DNA of 64,000 nucleotides from an uncultured Desulfosarcina sp. Lineage in GTDB: Bacteria; Desulfobacterota; Desulfobacteria; Desulfobacterales; Desulfosarcinaceae. Under the pieces are notes generated by a model, which saw nothing but the letters and a program-made list of their open reading frames with translations, ran no database searches and had not been told where the DNA came from. Numbering within the stretch: the stretch's first letter is position 1; the number at the start of each line of letters is the position of its first letter. Made by a program: the position numbers and the translations under genes. This document shows, in pieces, positions 40,080 through 49,983 of this stretch. The stretch lies in the NCBI GenBank assembly GCA_963674945.2, contig CAXXWQ010000003.1:1824001-1888000 (forward strand), given 5' to 3'.

Positions 40080-40274
40080 CAACTCCCATAATTTTCAGTC
40101 AATGATTAGATCCAACGCAATGGTATCCATATCAACTATCCGTCGGGATGTCTTCATCCTTTTTCTTGAAACGATAAACATATCCCCATCACGCAATCGG
40201 ATTCCGAATGTATTTTATTCTTGACATAATGCTTTTCTGTGAATATTTCTTGGTTAAAAAAGGTTTTTATCAGC

Positions 40275-40742
40275 ATGATTGACGAAATTAGCTTAAAAAT
40301 CCTGAAGATTCTTCAAAAGAAGGCGCGGATCCCCAATGTGGAAGTGGCCCGACAGGTGGGAATGGCCCCATCGGCCGTTCTCGAGCGCATTCGGAAACTG
40401 GAACGAACGGGACTCATCGACGGCTATGAAGTGCGTCTCAACCCGGAACGGTTCGGGAAAAGCCAGGTCGCCTTCATCCAGGTCCGAACCGATGGGAAAA
40501 ACGATGAAAGAAAACTGGTGGAAGCATTATCCGGTCTGGACCAGGTCCAGGAGATCCATTATGTCGCAGGCACGGATGGCTATCTGTTAAAAGTCCGGGA
40601 GACTGACACCAAGTCCTTGGGGGCATTGGTGAGAACGAAAATCGTTACCATCAAAGGTGTCATTTCCACGAAATCCATCATCGTCATGAACACTTTCAAG
40701 GAAACCGCAAGAATCCCCATTGACGATCAGGATCCTGTATGA
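40275..40742 (+). CDS. Lrp/AsnC family transcriptional regulator
   Basis: MIDEISLKILKILQKKARIPNVEVARQVGMAPSAVLERIRKLE..G.I.GY HTH. Confidence 0.92.
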   Translation: MIDEISLKILKILQKKARIPNVEVARQVGMAPSAVLERIRKLERTGLIDGYEVRLNPERFGKSQVAFIQVRTDGKNDERKLVEALSGLDQVQEIHYVAGTDGYLLKVRETDTKSLGALVRTKIVTIKGVISTKSIIVMNTFKETARIPIDDQDPV

Positions 40743-40805
40743 CAACCCTTGACGGCTTGTTACGAGTTTATAAAAAATTTATCAGAATGAAAAAAGAGGC
40801 ATCGT

Positions 40806-42035
40806 ATGATTCGAATCAATGAAAATTATCTGAAGTTAAAAGCATCCTACCTCTTCTCCGATATCGCCAAACGGGTGGCGAAATATCAGCAGGATCATCC
40901 GGAGGCCGAAGTGATTCGACTGGGCATCGGCGACGTCACCCGTGCCCTTCCCAACGCGTGCATCGACGCCTTTCATTCGGCTGTGGACGAAATGGCAGAC
41001 GATGCCAGTTTCCGGGGATACGGACCGGAACAGGGCTATGAATTTTTACGAGATGCCATCTCAAAAAACGATTTTTCATCTCGCGGAGCGGATATCCATG
41101 CCGATGAGATTTTCATTAGCGACGGCGCCAAATGCGACACCGGCAACATTCAAGAGATCTTCGATGAAAATGCAGTTGTCGCTATCCCCGACCCGGTGTA
41201 CCCGGTATACCTGGATACCAACGTCATGGCCGGTCGCACGGGTGCTTACAAAAACGGACGTTACGAAAGAATCGTTTATCTCGACGGCAATGCCGAAAAT
41301 GGCTTCATTCCCGAGCTTCCCCGTCAGACGGTGGATTTGATATACCTTTGCTTTCCCAACAATCCCACCGGTGCTACGATCACCAAGGACCAGCTGGCGA
41401 CCTGGGTGGACTATGCCAGGGACAATCGCGCCATCATCTTATTCGATGCCGCCTATGAGGCCTTTATCCAAGACGCCACCATTCCCCGCTCCATTTATGA
41501 AATCGAGGGAGCAAAAGAGGTCGCCATCGAGTTCAGGAGCTTCTCCAAGACCGCAGGGTTTACCGGCACCCGATGCGCCTACACCGTGATTCCCAAAAGC
41601 TTGATGGCCTACAGTGCCAAGCACGAGGCCCATTCGGTTCATGGTTTATGGAATCGACGGCACAGCACGAAATTCAACGGTGTATCCTACCCGGTACAGC
41701 GCGCGGCGGCGGCGATTTACGAGGAGGATGGCAAGAGGCAGGTGAGGACCCTTATCGATTACTACATGACCAATGCCCGATTGATACGGGAATCGATGCA
41801 GGAGCTGGGCTATGATTGTATCGGCGGTGAGAACTCCCCGTATATCTGGATATCGACCCAGACCGACTCATGGTCCTTTTTCGATATGCTGCTTGACAAA
41901 GCCGGTGTAGTTTGCACGCCGGGAGCCGGATTCGGAAGCTGTGGTGAAGGCTATATCCGAATCAGCGCCTTCAACAGCCGTGAAAATGTTACCACCGCAA
42001 TGTCCCGTATCGCTCGTGCGCTTTCCGATTCTTGA
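40806..42035 (+). CDS. dapL: LL-diaminopimelate aminotransferase
   Basis: [45 protein letters not shown]. Confidence 0.95.
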   Translation: MIRINENYLKLKASYLFSDIAKRVAKYQQDHPEAEVIRLGIGDVTRALPNACIDAFHSAVDEMADDASFRGYGPEQGYEFLRDAISKNDFSSRGADIHADEIFISDGAKCDTGNIQEIFDENAVVAIPDPVYPVYLDTNVMAGRTGAYKNGRYERIVYLDGNAENGFIPELPRQTVDLIYLCFPNNPTGATITKDQLATWVDYARDNRAIILFDAAYEAFIQDATIPRSIYEIEGAKEVAIEFRSFSKTAGFTGTRCAYTVIPKSLMAYSAKHEAHSVHGLWNRRHSTKFNGVSYPVQRAAAAIYEEDGKRQVRTLIDYYMTNARLIRESMQELGYDCIGGENSPYIWISTQTDSWSFFDMLLDKAGVVCTPGAGFGSCGEGYIRISAFNSRENVTTAMSRIARALSDS

Positions 42036-42052
42036 TCATAGGAGTGTCTCCC

Positions 42053-43342
42053 ATGCCCATGTCAACCGACTTTGAGAACCGACTCTACCCGCAGATAAAT
42101 GAGATTGCCAAGCACTTCGGCACGCCGTTTCACATCTACGACGAAGTGGGGATTCGCGAAACCGGAGAACGTCTGAAGCATGTCTTTTCGGCTATCCCCG
42201 GCTTCCGCGAGTACTTTGCGGTAAAAGCCCTCCCCAACCCTGCCGTACTTTCCATCATGGCCGATATGGGATTCGGTTTTGATTGCAGCTCTCTTGCAGA
42301 ACTATCCCTTGCGCGGCGGGTGGGTGCCTGCGGCGACGACCTGATGTTCACCTCCAACAATACAACCCGAGAAGAATTTTCCATGGCCATGGAAAGTGGC
42401 GGCAGCATCATTAACCTGGACGACATCTCCCTGGTGGAAAAACTTCCCGCTATACCGGAGATGATCTGCTTCCGATACAACCCGGGGCAGCGCCGGACTG
42501 GAAACTTTATCATCGGAAGTCCCATGGAAGCCAAGTACGGCGTCAGCCACGACCAATTGGTCCAGGCATACCGACTCGCAATGGATCGGGGCGCCGAACG
42601 ATTCGGTCTTCATACCATGCTTGCCTCCAATGAACGGGACTACACATACATGGTCGAAACGGCCAAGATGTTGTTGGACCAGGCAAAGCGAATCACCGAT
42701 GCCTTGGGCATCGATTTCGATTTCATCAACATCGGCGGTGGATTGGGGATTCCCTACCATCCGGAGGACGAACCGTTGGATCTTGCTGCCATGGCCCGTG
42801 ACATAACGGCCGTCATCGACACCTTCGGGAAACGACACGGCCGCCAACCGAAGCTTTTTATGGAGAGCGGTCGCTATATGACCGGACCTCATGGGGTCCT
42901 CGTGGCAAGGGCCATCAACCGGAAAGAGATCTACCGCACCTATGTGGGCCTGGACGCGTGCATGTCCTCTTTAATGCGACCGGCCATTTACAATGCCTAT
43001 CACCACATTACCATTCCCGGAAAGGTACCGGGGATCAATGAAGTTGTCGATGTGGTGGGCTCCCTTTGTGAAAACAACGACAAATTCGCCATACAGCGCT
43101 CCCTTCCTCCCATTGATGATGGGGACCTGGTCGTCATTCACGATACGGGTGCTCACGGCCACGCCATGGGTTTTAACTATAACGGTAAACTTCGCCCGAA
43201 GGAACTACTGCTCAAGGAGGATAAAACGGTGGAACTGATCCGCCGTGAGGAGCAACTGGATGATTATTTCGCCACCCTTTCCTTCACACCGGACGTCTTT
43301 TCTTCCCAACTGAATAATTCTGCTCGACAATTGGCCAATTAA
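42053..43342 (+). CDS. lysA: Diaminopimelate decarboxylase
   Basis: FAVKALPN, INIGGGLGIPY, ESGRY, GSLCENNDKF, GAHGHAMGFNYNG; ATG 42053 after AGGAG. Confidence 0.93.
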   Translation: MPMSTDFENRLYPQINEIAKHFGTPFHIYDEVGIRETGERLKHVFSAIPGFREYFAVKALPNPAVLSIMADMGFGFDCSSLAELSLARRVGACGDDLMFTSNNTTREEFSMAMESGGSIINLDDISLVEKLPAIPEMICFRYNPGQRRTGNFIIGSPMEAKYGVSHDQLVQAYRLAMDRGAERFGLHTMLASNERDYTYMVETAKMLLDQAKRITDALGIDFDFINIGGGLGIPYHPEDEPLDLAAMARDITAVIDTFGKRHGRQPKLFMESGRYMTGPHGVLVARAINRKEIYRTYVGLDACMSSLMRPAIYNAYHHITIPGKVPGINEVVDVVGSLCENNDKFAIQRSLPPIDDGDLVVIHDTGAHGHAMGFNYNGKLRPKELLLKEDKTVELIRREEQLDDYFATLSFTPDVFSSQLNNSARQLAN

Positions 43343-43356
43343 TTGCGAAAATAAGT

Positions 43357-43389
43357 ACCGGATGTCGAGATGATCCCTCGATATCCGGT
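43357..43389 (+). terminator. Stem-loop after lysA, possible terminator
   Basis: ACCGGATGTCGAG-N7-CTCGATATCCGGT; the U-tract is weak and displaced. Confidence 0.45.
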
Positions 43390-43463
43390 CGACACTTTTA
43401 TAGCGAATCCGCCTGCATCCAGCAAATAGCAGAATGTTCAGTCGTCTATATCCGTAATTTGGC

Positions 43464-43491
43464 TAAAGTTATACCTTTGCCCGGCCGATAT
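43464..43491 (+). promoter_or_regulatory. Possible sigma-28 promoter
   Basis: TAAAGTTA-N12-GCCGATAT (spacer one nt longer than consensus), overlapped by inverted repeat ATACCTTTG/CAAAGGTAT. Confidence 0.5.
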
Positions 43492-43645
43492 GACAAAGGT
43501 ATGGTCGTGTCGCGGACGTGGTGACTCTCAGCCGGTTTCAGCCATGACGGTAGTGCCCTCTTCCAGGTTTTTACCCAACTTGGCAATTCATCGTTGACTA
43601 TTTTCACGGGTACTGATTAATAACGGAACTTAAAAAGGAGAACCC

Positions 43646-44233
43646 ATGGATGATTTTTTGCATAATTTGAGAAGTGGAAAGCTCAAACAAGCGGATCGAA
43701 ATCGGCGAGACTACACGGAATACAAGGGCCCACAACGTCGCGCAGGAAATGAACGACGGCGACCGGATTATTATACCAAGGTCACCAACGAGAATTTTGC
43801 GCTCGTTAGAGACAGCCTTGATGTTCTGGCAAATTGCCAAAAACGCATTGAAGACAAGTTATCCGAATTGAACGAAACCGGCCTTCGAATTGCGAATGCC
43901 TTGGAAACATTGGCAGGTTTCGGAAATAACCATTCTCATCCATCGACCATTTCACATTTACCGGAGTCAGCCGCCACGGAGCCCATAGAAAAAAACGAAA
44001 GAAATGATGTACAAGACGTCTCGCCCGAAAAGCAAAAATGGAACTTCGCAAAGGAAAAGCTAGAAGAGGCGGATAGACCCGGGTTGCTGGACATCATTTC
44101 AACGATGCGAAAAGAGGGAAAAAGCTGGGAAAAAATCGCCGGGCACATGGACGAAGTCAATATTCCCACCATATCAGGCAAGGGAAAATGGCGTGGCGCA
44201 TCCGTTAAAAAATTCTGGGATACGTATTCATAG
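43646..44233 (+). CDS. Hypothetical protein with coiled coil and C-terminal recombinase-type HTH
   Basis: AAGGAG RBS; C-terminal MRKEGKSWEKIAGHMDEVNIPTISGKGKW pattern. Confidence 0.75.
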   Translation: MDDFLHNLRSGKLKQADRNRRDYTEYKGPQRRAGNERRRPDYYTKVTNENFALVRDSLDVLANCQKRIEDKLSELNETGLRIANALETLAGFGNNHSHPSTISHLPESAATEPIEKNERNDVQDVSPEKQKWNFAKEKLEEADRPGLLDIISTMRKEGKSWEKIAGHMDEVNIPTISGKGKWRGASVKKFWDTYS

Positions 44234-44358
44234 GCAAACAGTATGTGAGAGCCGACCACGACCCGCCATCGTTATTTCTTACGTACATCTCATACCATCA
44301 CAAATGCTCTGTTACGATCGACCTCAATGACGTTGATGATCCGGCAGGAGTAAACACT

Positions 44359-45303
44359 TTATTTCGCATTGCGGTACCATGCGAGTGTCGTTCGTAATCC
44401 CTGCCGAAGCTCTGTTTCCGGTCGAAACCCAAGCATACGCCGTATATTGTCGATATCGGAAACAGACTCCCGAATGTCTCCCTGGCGTGCGGGGGCGAAG
44501 ACGGGATCGATCTTTACATCTGAAAGTTCGCCAATCATTGTCCACAGTTCGTCGATACGTGTGGACGCGCCGGTTCCCACATTGAAAACCTGTCCGGCCG
44601 CTGCTTTTTCGGTGGCCGCCAGCCAGTTAGCGCGGACCACATCCCCGACATAGACAAAATCACGGAATTGTCCACCGTCCCCATAAATCGTGGGAGAAAG
44701 GCCCCCGGTGGCGTTGGACATAAAGATGGATATCACTCCGGAATAGGGAGAAGATGGATCCTGGCGGGGACCGAATACGTTAAAGTATCGAAGGCACACG
44801 GTCTCCACCCCGTATAGTCCGGTAAAAACCGATGCATAAAGTTCACCGGTAAGTTTATTCACCGCATAGGGGCTCAAAGGTTTCGGTGTCATATCCTCGG
44901 TTTTGGGTAGATGGGGGTCGTCGCCATAAACCGCACTGGAACTGGCCATGACCACGCGCCGTATACCGTTTCTCCGTGCCGCATCCAATACGTGAACCGT
45001 ACCCAGATCATTCACCGCACAGGAAAAGCTGGGATCCTGAACGGAAAGCGAAACCGATACCACCGCTGCCTGGTGAAAGACGACATCACATCCCTGACTG
45101 ATCCGATTGACCAGTGGGGCATCTCGGATATCCCCTTCGACAAATTCGATTCGGTCTCCCAAATGTTTGATATTTCGACGATGTCCGGTGGAAAGGTTGT
45201 CCAGTACGATCACGCGGCACCCTTCGGCCACGAGGGCATCCACCAGATGGGATCCGATAAAGCCGGCGCCGCCGGTCACCAGTGCCTGTTCCACCTTCTC
45301 CAC
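44359..45303 (-). CDS. NAD-dependent nucleotide-sugar epimerase/dehydratase (SDR)
   Basis: VTGGAGFIGSH, SSSAVYG, YAVNK (YxxxK), LRYFNVFGPRQDP; GTG start at 45303. Confidence 0.92.
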   Translation of the reverse strand: MEKVEQALVTGGAGFIGSHLVDALVAEGCRVIVLDNLSTGHRRNIKHLGDRIEFVEGDIRDAPLVNRISQGCDVVFHQAAVVSVSLSVQDPSFSCAVNDLGTVHVLDAARRNGIRRVVMASSSAVYGDDPHLPKTEDMTPKPLSPYAVNKLTGELYASVFTGLYGVETVCLRYFNVFGPRQDPSSPYSGVISIFMSNATGGLSPTIYGDGGQFRDFVYVGDVVRANWLAATEKAAAGQVFNVGTGASTRIDELWTMIGELSDVKIDPVFAPARQGDIRESVSDIDNIRRMLGFRPETELRQGLRTTLAWYRNAK

Positions 45304-45606
45304 GCTGCTACCCCTTTCATTGTGAATAACAAAAAAAAGAAACTTGATACCAGTTGCGCTATGGGCTACAAATTTCTTAGTTGCACCGAACCGAGAGCCG
45401 ATAGACAGCCGCCATGACACCCAAAAAGACCGTCGTCTGCCGAAAGTGTAAATTTTACTATATCACATGGGACACACGCCAACCCCATGGTTGCAAAGCC
45501 ATGAACTTCAAGAGCAAGCGCCCCCCCAGCCTCGTCGTCCGAGAGCAATCGGGCAAAGAGTGCCTTCGGTACACACCGAAGTAGGGGATGATATTATAAT
45601 TTTGTA

Positions 45607-45861
45607 ATGATGCCACAAGATAACATGACACCATCTGTAATTCAACTAAAGCTGTTCGCCGGGCTGACCCCTTTTTCACCGGAGAATGCCGATCGATATC
45701 CAATCGAACCGGGTACGTCGGTGAAAACGCTGTTGGCAACGCTCAATGTGCCGATTGCCAAAGCCCATCTGATTTTCATCAACGGCGTCAAAGGATCACT
45801 CGACACACCACTTTCCGGAGGGGAACGCGTCGGCATCTTTCCTCCCGTTGCCGGAGGATAA
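45607..45861 (+). CDS. MoaD/ThiS-family sulfur carrier protein
   Basis: KLFAGL near the N-terminus and FPPVAGG at the C-terminus. Confidence 0.9.
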   Translation: MMPQDNMTPSVIQLKLFAGLTPFSPENADRYPIEPGTSVKTLLATLNVPIAKAHLIFINGVKGSLDTPLSGGERVGIFPPVAGG

Positions 45862-45863
45862 TC

Positions 45864-46733
45864 ATGGCTCGATCCTTTTCGGACCAACTGGATGCACATG
45901 CAAAAAATGCATCCCTGGCCGACGGCACCCCCTGCCGCGTCATACCGGCTACGGCGATTCGGTGCCTTAGCGAAGAGAGTGGCATGGCAGGGCGTTTGGT
46001 GGAGATTACGGCACTGAATCGAAGCATCATTCCCGAACGATATATACGAAATCGGAAAACCTTGAGTGAGAAAGATCAGCGCCGACTCCTCGAATCGGCC
46101 GTCTGCATCGTGGGATTGGGCGGACTGGGAGGAGGCGTTGCCGAAACCCTTGCCCGCATGGGGGTCGGACAACTTCATCTCGTTGACGGGGACACCTTTG
46201 AGGCCCACAATCTGAACCGTCAGATTTTCAGCACCGAAGACGGTATCGGCACGTATAAGGTGGACGCCGCCGCCTTTCGATTGAAGCAGACCAATCCGAG
46301 CGTTGAAGTTTTCACCCACCGCCTCCATCTGACGGCCGATAATGCCGATTCGTTGATCGACCAATGCCACCTGGTAGTGGACTGCCTGGATAACCTTCCT
46401 TCTCGGTTCATCGTCCAGGCGGCTGCAAGACGCATTGGCATTCCCATGGTTTCTGCGGCCGTCGCCGGTATCTGCGGTCATGTAACAACGATTTTCCCCG
46501 AAGATCAGGGACTGGAATCCTTCTATGGTCCCGAATCGCAGTTGTCGGGGGACAAGGGCGTCGAAACCGAACTTGGATGCCTTGCACCGGGTGTCAATCT
46601 TATCGCGTCTCTGGAGTGCTCGGAGGTGTGCAAGGTGCTTTTGGGAAAGGCAGAGCCATTACGCAGACGGTTGCTGCTAGTGGACCTGACCGATTATACC
46701 TTCGAGACGCTTTCGCTTACCCCGATGGGATGA
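45864..46733 (+). CDS. HesA/MoeB/ThiF-family adenylyltransferase
   Basis: RYIRN, IVGLGGLGG, VDGDTFEAHNLNRQ, VVDCLDN. Confidence 0.9.
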   Translation: MARSFSDQLDAHAKNASLADGTPCRVIPATAIRCLSEESGMAGRLVEITALNRSIIPERYIRNRKTLSEKDQRRLLESAVCIVGLGGLGGGVAETLARMGVGQLHLVDGDTFEAHNLNRQIFSTEDGIGTYKVDAAAFRLKQTNPSVEVFTHRLHLTADNADSLIDQCHLVVDCLDNLPSRFIVQAAARRIGIPMVSAAVAGICGHVTTIFPEDQGLESFYGPESQLSGDKGVETELGCLAPGVNLIASLECSEVCKVLLGKAEPLRRRLLLVDLTDYTFETLSLTPMG

Positions 46734-46769
46734 AAAACACATGGATTGGATGCATAGCAAGAAAGGGGC

Positions 46770-47462
46770 CTAATCGTCCATGTTACTTTCGGCGAGAGCC
46801 CGTGCAAAGATCAAATCATCGGGTGTGGTAATCTTGATGTTTATCTTATCTCCGATAACGGTGGCCACTCGTCCACCGGCAAATTCGACCATGGAGGCAT
46901 CATCGGTGGCAAAAAATCCTTTTTCTATAGCCAACCGATGGGCTTTACGAATCAGGGGGATGGAGAAAGTCTGCGGCGTCTGGGCCGTGTAAATCCTTCG
47001 GCGATCCAATGTCTCCACCACCATTCCTTGTCGATCCACCCGCTTGAGAGTATCCGTTGCCGGCAGTACAGGAATGCATGCGCCGGTTGTTTTTACACCG
47101 GCAATACAGGCGTCCATGAGAGAAGTTGATATGAAAGGCCTCACCCCGTCGTGGATCATCACAATTCCATCCGACGCGCCCAACACTTGCAAACCGTTTG
47201 CAACCGATTCCTGGCGCCTTTTTCCACCCGCCACGACTTGAATGTGATGACGCCAGGAAAACGGCCCCAGAACATTTTCCGTAACATCATTTTTGTCTTC
47301 TTCGGGTATCACCACGATAATTTTTTCCATTTTGGGGTATGCATCGAAAGCCATCAAGGTACGGGCCAAAACGGGTACGCCGGCTAAAGCCAAATACTGC
47401 TTCTTACCAGACATCTGCATGCGGGAACCGCTTCCGCCCGCGGCGATGATCGCACAAATCAT
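46770..47462 (-). CDS. ispD: 2-C-methyl-D-erythritol 4-phosphate cytidylyltransferase
   Basis: AAGGSGSRM..KQY, GGKRRQESV, IHDGVRPF, QTPQ, TDDAS, NIKITTPDD. Confidence 0.95.
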   Translation of the reverse strand: MICAIIAAGGSGSRMQMSGKKQYLALAGVPVLARTLMAFDAYPKMEKIIVVIPEEDKNDVTENVLGPFSWRHHIQVVAGGKRRQESVANGLQVLGASDGIVMIHDGVRPFISTSLMDACIAGVKTTGACIPVLPATDTLKRVDRQGMVVETLDRRRIYTAQTPQTFSIPLIRKAHRLAIEKGFFATDDASMVEFAGGRVATVIGDKINIKITTPDDLIFARALAESNMDD

Positions 47463-48763
47463 CTCAGATAGCTCAGCTCTGGGGGTAGGGGAACGCCCTT
47501 TCCCATCGTATCTTCGCCATAATTGACACTGGCAAGAACTTCTATGTCGGAAAGCGCGCGAACGTCTCCTTCAAAGTCCACCTCGGTGATTTGTTCTTTC
47601 TGGATTTTTCCACCGGCCCACTGGATATCCAAAACACTGCTGGCATCGAAACGGTCATTTCCTACGACGAGTTCGACCTGGCCACCAAAATGCTGAACGA
47701 TCTTGGCAACCAGAAGACTGGGACGGCTGTGAAATCCCAATTTCACCGGAATCCCAACCGTTATTCTGGAACGTTCGATATTCTCGTTGAGAATTTCCCG
47801 TGCCAGCTTCTTTCCGGAATTGAGGTAATGGCAGGCGTAATAAAGGCCGAAGTTAATGGTTCGGTCCAGAAGCTTCACCGGATCCACCAAAGACGCTAAT
47901 TTCTCCTGAACCCGTTTATAGGTATTCTTGTAGCCCGCTTCATAGAGATGACGCTCGTAAAAATGGAGAAGACGTCCCATCATCTGGAGAAGGTGAAAGA
48001 CGATGGAAAAGAAGCTTCTGAGAGATTTCAACTTCCGGTCACCAAATCGGTACCCGCCATGAATCACATAAGTATCAAAGGAAGATTGCAGATTGTGCAC
48101 GAGCATTTCGAAGCGACGGATCTCAACCTCGTTGACTTTTTCAGGGACCAGCGCAAACATCTCCTCTTCTTTATATGGCTCATAAAACCCCATTGGATCA
48201 AAGCTGTTGGCGATAAAGAGAAATTCGTTAGCGATCTTGACGATATTCCGTTTCTGGACATCCTTGGCATCGTCGTCGATATCGTATTTGAGCATTTCAC
48301 CAGTTGTGATTCCGGGAAAGTCCTCCGGTCCGAAGCGTTCTTCGGGAATGGCAATATTAAGACGCTTGGCCTCATCGATAATGACGGGTGCCAGTTTCCG
48401 AAGTGCGTCATTCAAGAAATTGAGTGTGTGCTCCCCCTGTTCACGAAACACTTCGGTATCGGGAATATCATAGAAGATCAAACGGTTTAAGATGTGTTTC
48501 TGGCAGTACGTGCCGAGGCTCAGGTGCCGGATCGTGGCGCATAATTCCCTGTACAGGTACCAGTCTTCACTGTTCTTTGCGCCGTGAAAGTCCAGAAAAT
48601 CTTCCAGTACTTGGGAGGTACCAATCAATTTGGAATAGAGCTTTTTGGTAAACACATAGCTTGGCGTTTGTGGATCCGAAATATAGGTGCAACATTTTAG
48701 ATAATCCGAGGAGAAAATTCTTACCTTTTCGGAATAGGAAATTTCACAGTACGGATCTTTCAC
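47459..48763 (-). CDS. 434-aa protein with C-terminal HPr phosphocarrier-like domain
   Basis: GFHSRPS (HPr GLHARP, His15) and FDASSVLD (Ser46 region) at the C-terminus; large unassigned N-terminal helical domain. Confidence 0.8.
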   Translation of the reverse strand: MKDPYCEISYSEKVRIFSSDYLKCCTYISDPQTPSYVFTKKLYSKLIGTSQVLEDFLDFHGAKNSEDWYLYRELCATIRHLSLGTYCQKHILNRLIFYDIPDTEVFREQGEHTLNFLNDALRKLAPVIIDEAKRLNIAIPEERFGPEDFPGITTGEMLKYDIDDDAKDVQKRNIVKIANEFLFIANSFDPMGFYEPYKEEEMFALVPEKVNEVEIRRFEMLVHNLQSSFDTYVIHGGYRFGDRKLKSLRSFFSIVFHLLQMMGRLLHFYERHLYEAGYKNTYKRVQEKLASLVDPVKLLDRTINFGLYYACHYLNSGKKLAREILNENIERSRITVGIPVKLGFHSRPSLLVAKIVQHFGGQVELVVGNDRFDASSVLDIQWAGGKIQKEQITEVDFEGDVRALSDIEVLASVNYGEDTMGKGVPLPPELSYLR

Positions 48764-48844
48764 GGCAAGTTCCTTTGCATCACACGATATCAGCGGATTC
48801 GATATGTGGTACTCTCAAAACAGCGCCTATCCAGAAATAGCGGC

Positions 48845-49221
<377 letters not shown>

Positions 49222-49225
49222 ACCG

Positions 49226-49951
49226 CTATTTTGGATCACTCCCTTTCCAATACACGATTCGATGACAATGGGGGCAAAACCGAAGTTCGTCGAAACGCTG
49301 GAGTTCATTGTACAGCTGTGCCGGAATGTTCATGTTGCATCCCGAACAGACGGCACCGCTGACGGCCACCACCGCTTGCCCCCGTGTCTTTTTCTTTACC
49401 TCTTCCAGGGTGGCCAGCACCTTCGGATCGGCAGTTGCGCCGATCTTTTGTCTTTTTTCACACAATCGATCGACCACCTCTTGATCCGAAGCTGCCTTTT
49501 CGGCAAGTTCGACCTTCTTTTCCTCGCAGGATTTTACAAAAGTGGCCAAATGAGCTTCGATTTCGGCAAGTTCTTTTTCTGCCAACTCGATCCGATCCAG
49601 CTCTTCGATCATTCGATCCTCCAACGCAGAATTTCTTTTCTGCATCTCCTCGATCTCCTTGAGCATGGACTGATATTCCTTATTTGTTTTGACAGATCGA
49701 AGCTTTTCATTGCTTTTTTCGATCAATTGGCTGTTGTCCCTGGACTCGGATTCGAGAACACGATACGCTTTTTTACTCTCGTCCAAGGCCTGTCGTGCAT
49801 TGTTGACATTGTCCTTACGTTCGGCTAACTGCCGGTCCAAAGCAGTCGCTTCGTCATGGTGCACCCTTACTTGACGGTTGGCTGTGAGAATGCTCATCTC
49901 GACTTCTTGCACTTCGATGAGGATTTTGATCTGCTCGGCAATATTACTCAT
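49226..49951 (-). CDS. Coiled-coil protein with C4-type zinc ribbon (DUF164)
   Basis: VKTNKEYQSMLKEIE, CSGCNMNIP, FCPHCHRIVY. Confidence 0.9.
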   Translation of the reverse strand: MSNIAEQIKILIEVQEVEMSILTANRQVRVHHDEATALDRQLAERKDNVNNARQALDESKKAYRVLESESRDNSQLIEKSNEKLRSVKTNKEYQSMLKEIEEMQKRNSALEDRMIEELDRIELAEKELAEIEAHLATFVKSCEEKKVELAEKAASDQEVVDRLCEKRQKIGATADPKVLATLEEVKKKTRGQAVVAVSGAVCSGCNMNIPAQLYNELQRFDELRFCPHCHRIVYWKGSDPK

Positions 49952-49983
49952 TACACCCCTTCTCTCCTCCGGTCCTCCTTCGA

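Noticed and set aside
40083..40220. Possible fluoride riboswitch upstream of crcB (GTGATGGGG...GATGAAGAC)
   Set aside because: Lacks the GATGGnGTTCnCC hairpin and the CTGATGACnCCTAC pseudoknot consensus; cannot be supported without an Rfam scan.
45348..45366. 19-nt stretch resembling the tRNA 5' end (GCCCATAGCGCAACTGGTA)
   Set aside because: 16/19 match only, with no cloverleaf or T-arm; probably chance.
45470..45600. Possible Moco/Wco RNA motif upstream of the MoaD/ThiS gene
   Set aside because: Only small hairpins; conserved motif sequences are not seen.
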